A stretch of DNA of 64,000 nt, from NCBI GenBank assembly GCA_965644495.1, contig CBFFSA010000002.1, forward strand, positions 1,116,001 through 1,180,000. Reading direction: 5' to 3'. The notes below the pieces were generated by a model. That model was not told the DNA's origin and did not search any database. It saw only the letters and a program-made list of their open reading frames with translations. Made by a program: the position numbers and the translations under genes. The DNA comes from Perkinsela sp. CCAP 1560/9. Its lineage: Eukaryota > Protista > Euglenozoa: Kinetoplastea. Shown one piece after another: positions 60,639 through 64,000 of this stretch. The first letter of the stretch is position 1. Each line of letters starts with the position of its first letter.

Positions 60639-61421
60639 TTATTCCTTTACTAATACTCGTGTCCCCATAACGCTAAGAACTTGCAAATTGTGTGGAAAAC
60701 TGGACTTTTGCAGGACGCCATAAAGTTCGGAGTTCCCTTCCAGCCATAGCGATTCTAAACCCAGAGAATACCCATCCAATGGAACTAATGCATCAAAGCT
60801 GTTGTTGCTTAAATTCAAATGCACTAACGACGCGGGTATATGTCGTAGATCGATAAGCCCCGTGAATCGGTTATTTCCTAAGCGGAGATACTCTATACGC
60901 TCTGGTAAGCTATCAAGTACGATGCTTCCCGAAAACTTATTATCGCCCAGAGCTAGAAATACCATCTTCGGGGGAAGACAACTTAAATCTGCGTTTCCTT
61001 CAAGTCTATTGCATGCAACTGAAACTTTTTCTATCGATTGCGGTAAGTGTTGTAAAATAAACTCCCCGGTGAAGGAGTTCCCTACAAGATTCATATGCAT
61101 CAATTGTGACGGTAGTACATGGAGGCACACCGATCCCGTAAGTTTGTTCCGTGGAATGACAAGCCCAGTTACTGTTCTTGGTAACGAGTCCCACCGCAAT
61201 GCTCCTGAAAGCATTCTTTTTTTCCAATCAATGTCCGTCACATGCCTTCCATCTTCACAAATAACACCGTCCCACTCACATGCAGCGATAGATGTGTTCC
61301 ATGATGGATGTGGATTCTTGATGTCTGAAATTAATCGTGCAAGTTCGTATTCTTGTGGCAGGCTTGCTCCTCTAACTTTTGCAGCTCGTTGATATTGTAG
61401 GTTTGCATCTGTAATATTCAT
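60639..61421 (-). CDS. Leucine-rich repeat protein
   Basis: RAAKVRGASLPQEYELARL, ACEWDGVIC and about 7 LRRs. Confidence 0.88.
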   Translation of the reverse strand: MNITDANLQYQRAAKVRGASLPQEYELARLISDIKNPHPSWNTSIAACEWDGVICEDGRHVTDIDWKKRMLSGALRWDSLPRTVTGLVIPRNKLTGSVCLHVLPSQLMHMNLVGNSFTGEFILQHLPQSIEKVSVACNRLEGNADLSCLPPKMVFLALGDNKFSGSIVLDSLPERIEYLRLGNNRFTGLIDLRHIPASLVHLNLSNNSFDALVPLDGYSLGLESLWLEGNSELYGVLQKSSFPHNLQVLSVMGTRVLVKE

Positions 61422-61650
61422 TATGGAAGAAACAATGAAAAAATAACACTGTCCATTACATTGTAATGGCCGTCTAACGATACACTACCAAATATGATAT
61501 TGTGTGAAAAAATAGTATTTGTTATTAACTCTAGAAACCAGTTAGCTTCTTTTTACGATACGTCATTGAGCGTATTTCTTTGAACTTACCAAATCTAGAG
61601 TTACTCAGCCTTGCTGCAATAGGAACTCTTACACATTGCAGAAGTATAGT

Positions 61651-62253
61651 TTAGCTTGGCTCACACTTTATTCTAGTCTGTGAAACGCAAAATTTACCTC
61701 GTTTCAACAGCTGTGGAGGAAGGAGCTCCTTGCGAAACACACCGCACAGCTCTGCATTTCGTGATAAGCTGAAAAATTTCAATGTCACGGGAAGCGCATT
61801 TAGCGCCACCTCACCAGACAGGTCATTGCTGCATAGGTTGAGCCATTCTATTGTATGTGGTAAATCAGTAAGGTTCAGGGTCCCGGAAAATTCATTGTAG
61901 CTGCCGTTCAATCGCTCGAGTTTGCGCGAGAGGTGCTCAATTGTTACTTGACCATTAAATATGTTGTCATAGAGATGTAGCTGCACTACCGACGTGGGAA
62001 GATAAATCCAACTCAGCTCACCACGCAGCATATTTGCAATCAAATTAATGGATATTGCCTCCTGGGCTTCGTTGCATTTAATACCATCCCATAGGCAAGC
62101 CGTTATACTCGTATTCCATGAAGGAAAAGGATTTTCAATCCCTTGTAAAAAACGTGCAAGTGCGTATTCCAGTGGCAAGTCAGCCCTTGTCTTCCCTAAA
62201 CGGGTACTACAATCAGCAGAGCGAAAAGCAGCAGAGTGAAAATTAACTATCAT
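61651..62253 (-). CDS. Leucine-rich repeat protein
   Basis: RLGKTRADLPLEYALARF, ACLWDGIKC and LRRs. Start codon is uncertain. Confidence 0.82.
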   Translation of the reverse strand: MIVNFHSAAFRSADCSTRLGKTRADLPLEYALARFLQGIENPFPSWNTSITACLWDGIKCNEAQEAISINLIANMLRGELSWIYLPTSVVQLHLYDNIFNGQVTIEHLSRKLERLNGSYNEFSGTLNLTDLPHTIEWLNLCSNDLSGEVALNALPVTLKFFSLSRNAELCGVFRKELLPPQLLKRGKFCVSQTRIKCEPS

Positions 62254-62528
62254 GATTGTTAAGTTACAATGATTATTATAAGATGTGATAGATAGTGTTA
62301 CAAATGCTACTTTACATTGCTCGAGGAAGTAATCAACATTAACGGAAGGGCAAGTAGAAATTATTCGCTTTATCATTATCAGAGGTAAAAAAATAGAGAT
62401 AGAAATTATGCGACACAATAGAAACATTCCTTCCCGAGAAACTTGAACAATATTTCCAATTAATAAGCGAATCGAATAGAAAACAAAAAAGTTATTATGT
62501 CACCATGCACGATAAAAGGCAAAAAACG

Positions 62529-63203
62529 TTATTTCCTACTGTGCTTTCGCTTTTTGTTTGTAAATTTATTTTTTCTTTTGGACGTTTTAGTTTTATCCTT
62601 TCGTTGCCTGCCTTTTTTCTTTGCATCATCAAAATATCGATCCATATTGAACTCACTCTCGTCTCCCCCCATTGCTTTCCATTTTTTTGCATCCTTTTTC
62701 GCCGCATGAAGGGAAACAGTCAAATTTCGTTTGCCTTGCTGGGCCTGTTTAGCTTGAGTGTCTTTGGTTTGCTTGTGGAACTTCTTTTGCTTTCTTCGCT
62801 CACGACGTTGGGCTCGCAGTAAAATCTCCTGTTTGTTTTTCTGAATACGGTCTTTGATTCTCGACATGTGTGCATCACCTTTCACCATTTCGGCGTAGAA
62901 ATCCTTCGGGCGCTGCCATTTGATTCCCAAAGCATCGAGTTTGCGAATGCCCTCTTGAACACTTGCAGCAGCATGAGCTTGAAAAGCACGTTCACGAACC
63001 GGATCATCGTCTCTTGCGGTCAATGGTAAAGATAATGATTGAGAAGCAAATACTGTCATTCGTTCCAACCAAGCGGAAGGCTCCTTCGTTGCAATGCAGT
63101 GGGGTGTATGTGACGGGGATACATCCTTTGAGGGGGTGGACTCTGCGGCATCCACAGTTGTGTCTTTCGATTTCACAGACTCGTACCTGGATATCAAAGG
63201 CAT
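62529..63203 (-). CDS. EBP2: rRNA-processing protein EBP2
   Basis: DDD..RE.AF...RPKDFYAEMVK.D.HM.RIK and a basic C-terminus. Confidence 0.88.
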   Translation of the reverse strand: MPLISRYESVKSKDTTVDAAESTPSKDVSPSHTPHCIATKEPSAWLERMTVFASQSLSLPLTARDDDPVRERAFQAHAAASVQEGIRKLDALGIKWQRPKDFYAEMVKGDAHMSRIKDRIQKNKQEILLRAQRRERRKQKKFHKQTKDTQAKQAQQGKRNLTVSLHAAKKDAKKWKAMGGDESEFNMDRYFDDAKKKGRQRKDKTKTSKRKNKFTNKKRKHSRK

Positions 63204-63724
63204 TGAGAAAGATGTACAAAATTTTTCGTAGTATAGAAAATGATGGCTGCAACAAATGTCCCGCAATATCCATGTCAATACTTTGCATAATATCGAGACT
63301 ACAGGGAACAAATATTTCAACAACCCAGAAGACCACTTTTACAATAACAATTAAAGGATTTCTTTCACCGGTATTAGTGATCTAAATCTACTGTAGTGTC
63401 TTCGTTTGGCGATAAATGGGAGCAATTCAAGCTCATGTCAGGTGTGAATTTTTTTATAGTCTACGTCGAATTGGCGTGCCGTGAGAACAACAATATCGTT
63501 TTTGTAATTGGCCCGTTTACGGAAAGCAACATTCAATGTTGTTTTCCTCCGAAAAAGTGACAGTTTTTAGGAGTACTCGCTTATTTCATTTCGGTAACGC
63601 ATGGTACTACTACAACAGTTTCATGGCTGCACAACAAAGTACGTCATGCAAGATCATCGATCGATATATTTCCGCTTCGATAGGGCAACCTTTCGAGCCA
63701 ATAAAAACACTGACTCATAAGGAT

Positions 63725-64000
63725 TACAAGATCCCGCATTCTTTCCTTCCCCATCTCACAAAAACTGTGCCTAGAACGGGCACCCCAGAAACGGACATCC
63801 TGACCCGATTCTCCGATCCCATCGCGGCTACCTCACTCCCCCGCACCCTCCTAGCACATCTCCTGCGTACTCGCGCCGTCCCCGAAATGGGCCGAGGACC
63901 GCGGAGGGCTCTCCCCCGGGGTGTTCCAGAACCGCTGCACCCCCGTCGCCTCCTTCATCTTCCGAAGCGTGAACGTGTCCCCGCCCCCTGCCTGGTACGC
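63725..64000 (-). CDS. Possible 3' end of a gene entering from beyond the window
   Basis: GC-rich segment with an open minus-strand frame ending TAA near 63723. No motif was recognised. Confidence 0.3.

Overview
Eukaryotic, kinetoplastid-type genomic DNA. The intron-less host genes all lie on the minus strand, as in a polycistronic unit, and spliced-leader (SL) RNA sequences are present. The LRR-family expansion is reminiscent of Perkinsela-like prokinetoplastids (inference). Recognisable host genes: TMEM245-like, SCC2/NIPBL, a probable mitoribosomal protein, a MATH-domain protein, MAM33/p22-like, RBBP6/Mpe1-like, SMC2, V-ATPase E, an NTF2-RRM (G3BP-like) protein and EBP2. About 10 short LRR genes or pseudogenes are interspersed among them. 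Three regions (1.4-7.9 kb, 11-22 kb, 42.4-48.4 kb) are nests of mobile DNA: two HERO-like RLE non-LTR retrotransposon families, CRE-clade fragments, a DIRS/TATE-like RNase H fragment, Tc1/mariner, Sola-like MITEs, a bacterial IS30-like transposase, and a palindrome-headed, hairpin-tailed dispersed repeat. The main candidate novel system is a HERO-like retrotransposon, not of the CRE clade, with three Mer3/HFM1-type Cys/His motifs. Its 5' end carries the SL exon exactly up to the splice donor, and its 3' junction lies at SL nt 11/12, the position used by SLACS/CZAR/CRE1. A 39-nt SL (ACTTTCACTGTATAAAGATACAGTTTCTGTACCTTGTTG) can be reconstructed from overlapping pieces. One SL repeat unit is bracketed by TA-ended terminal inverted repeats. 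All family assignments come from recognising motifs by eye; no searches were run.
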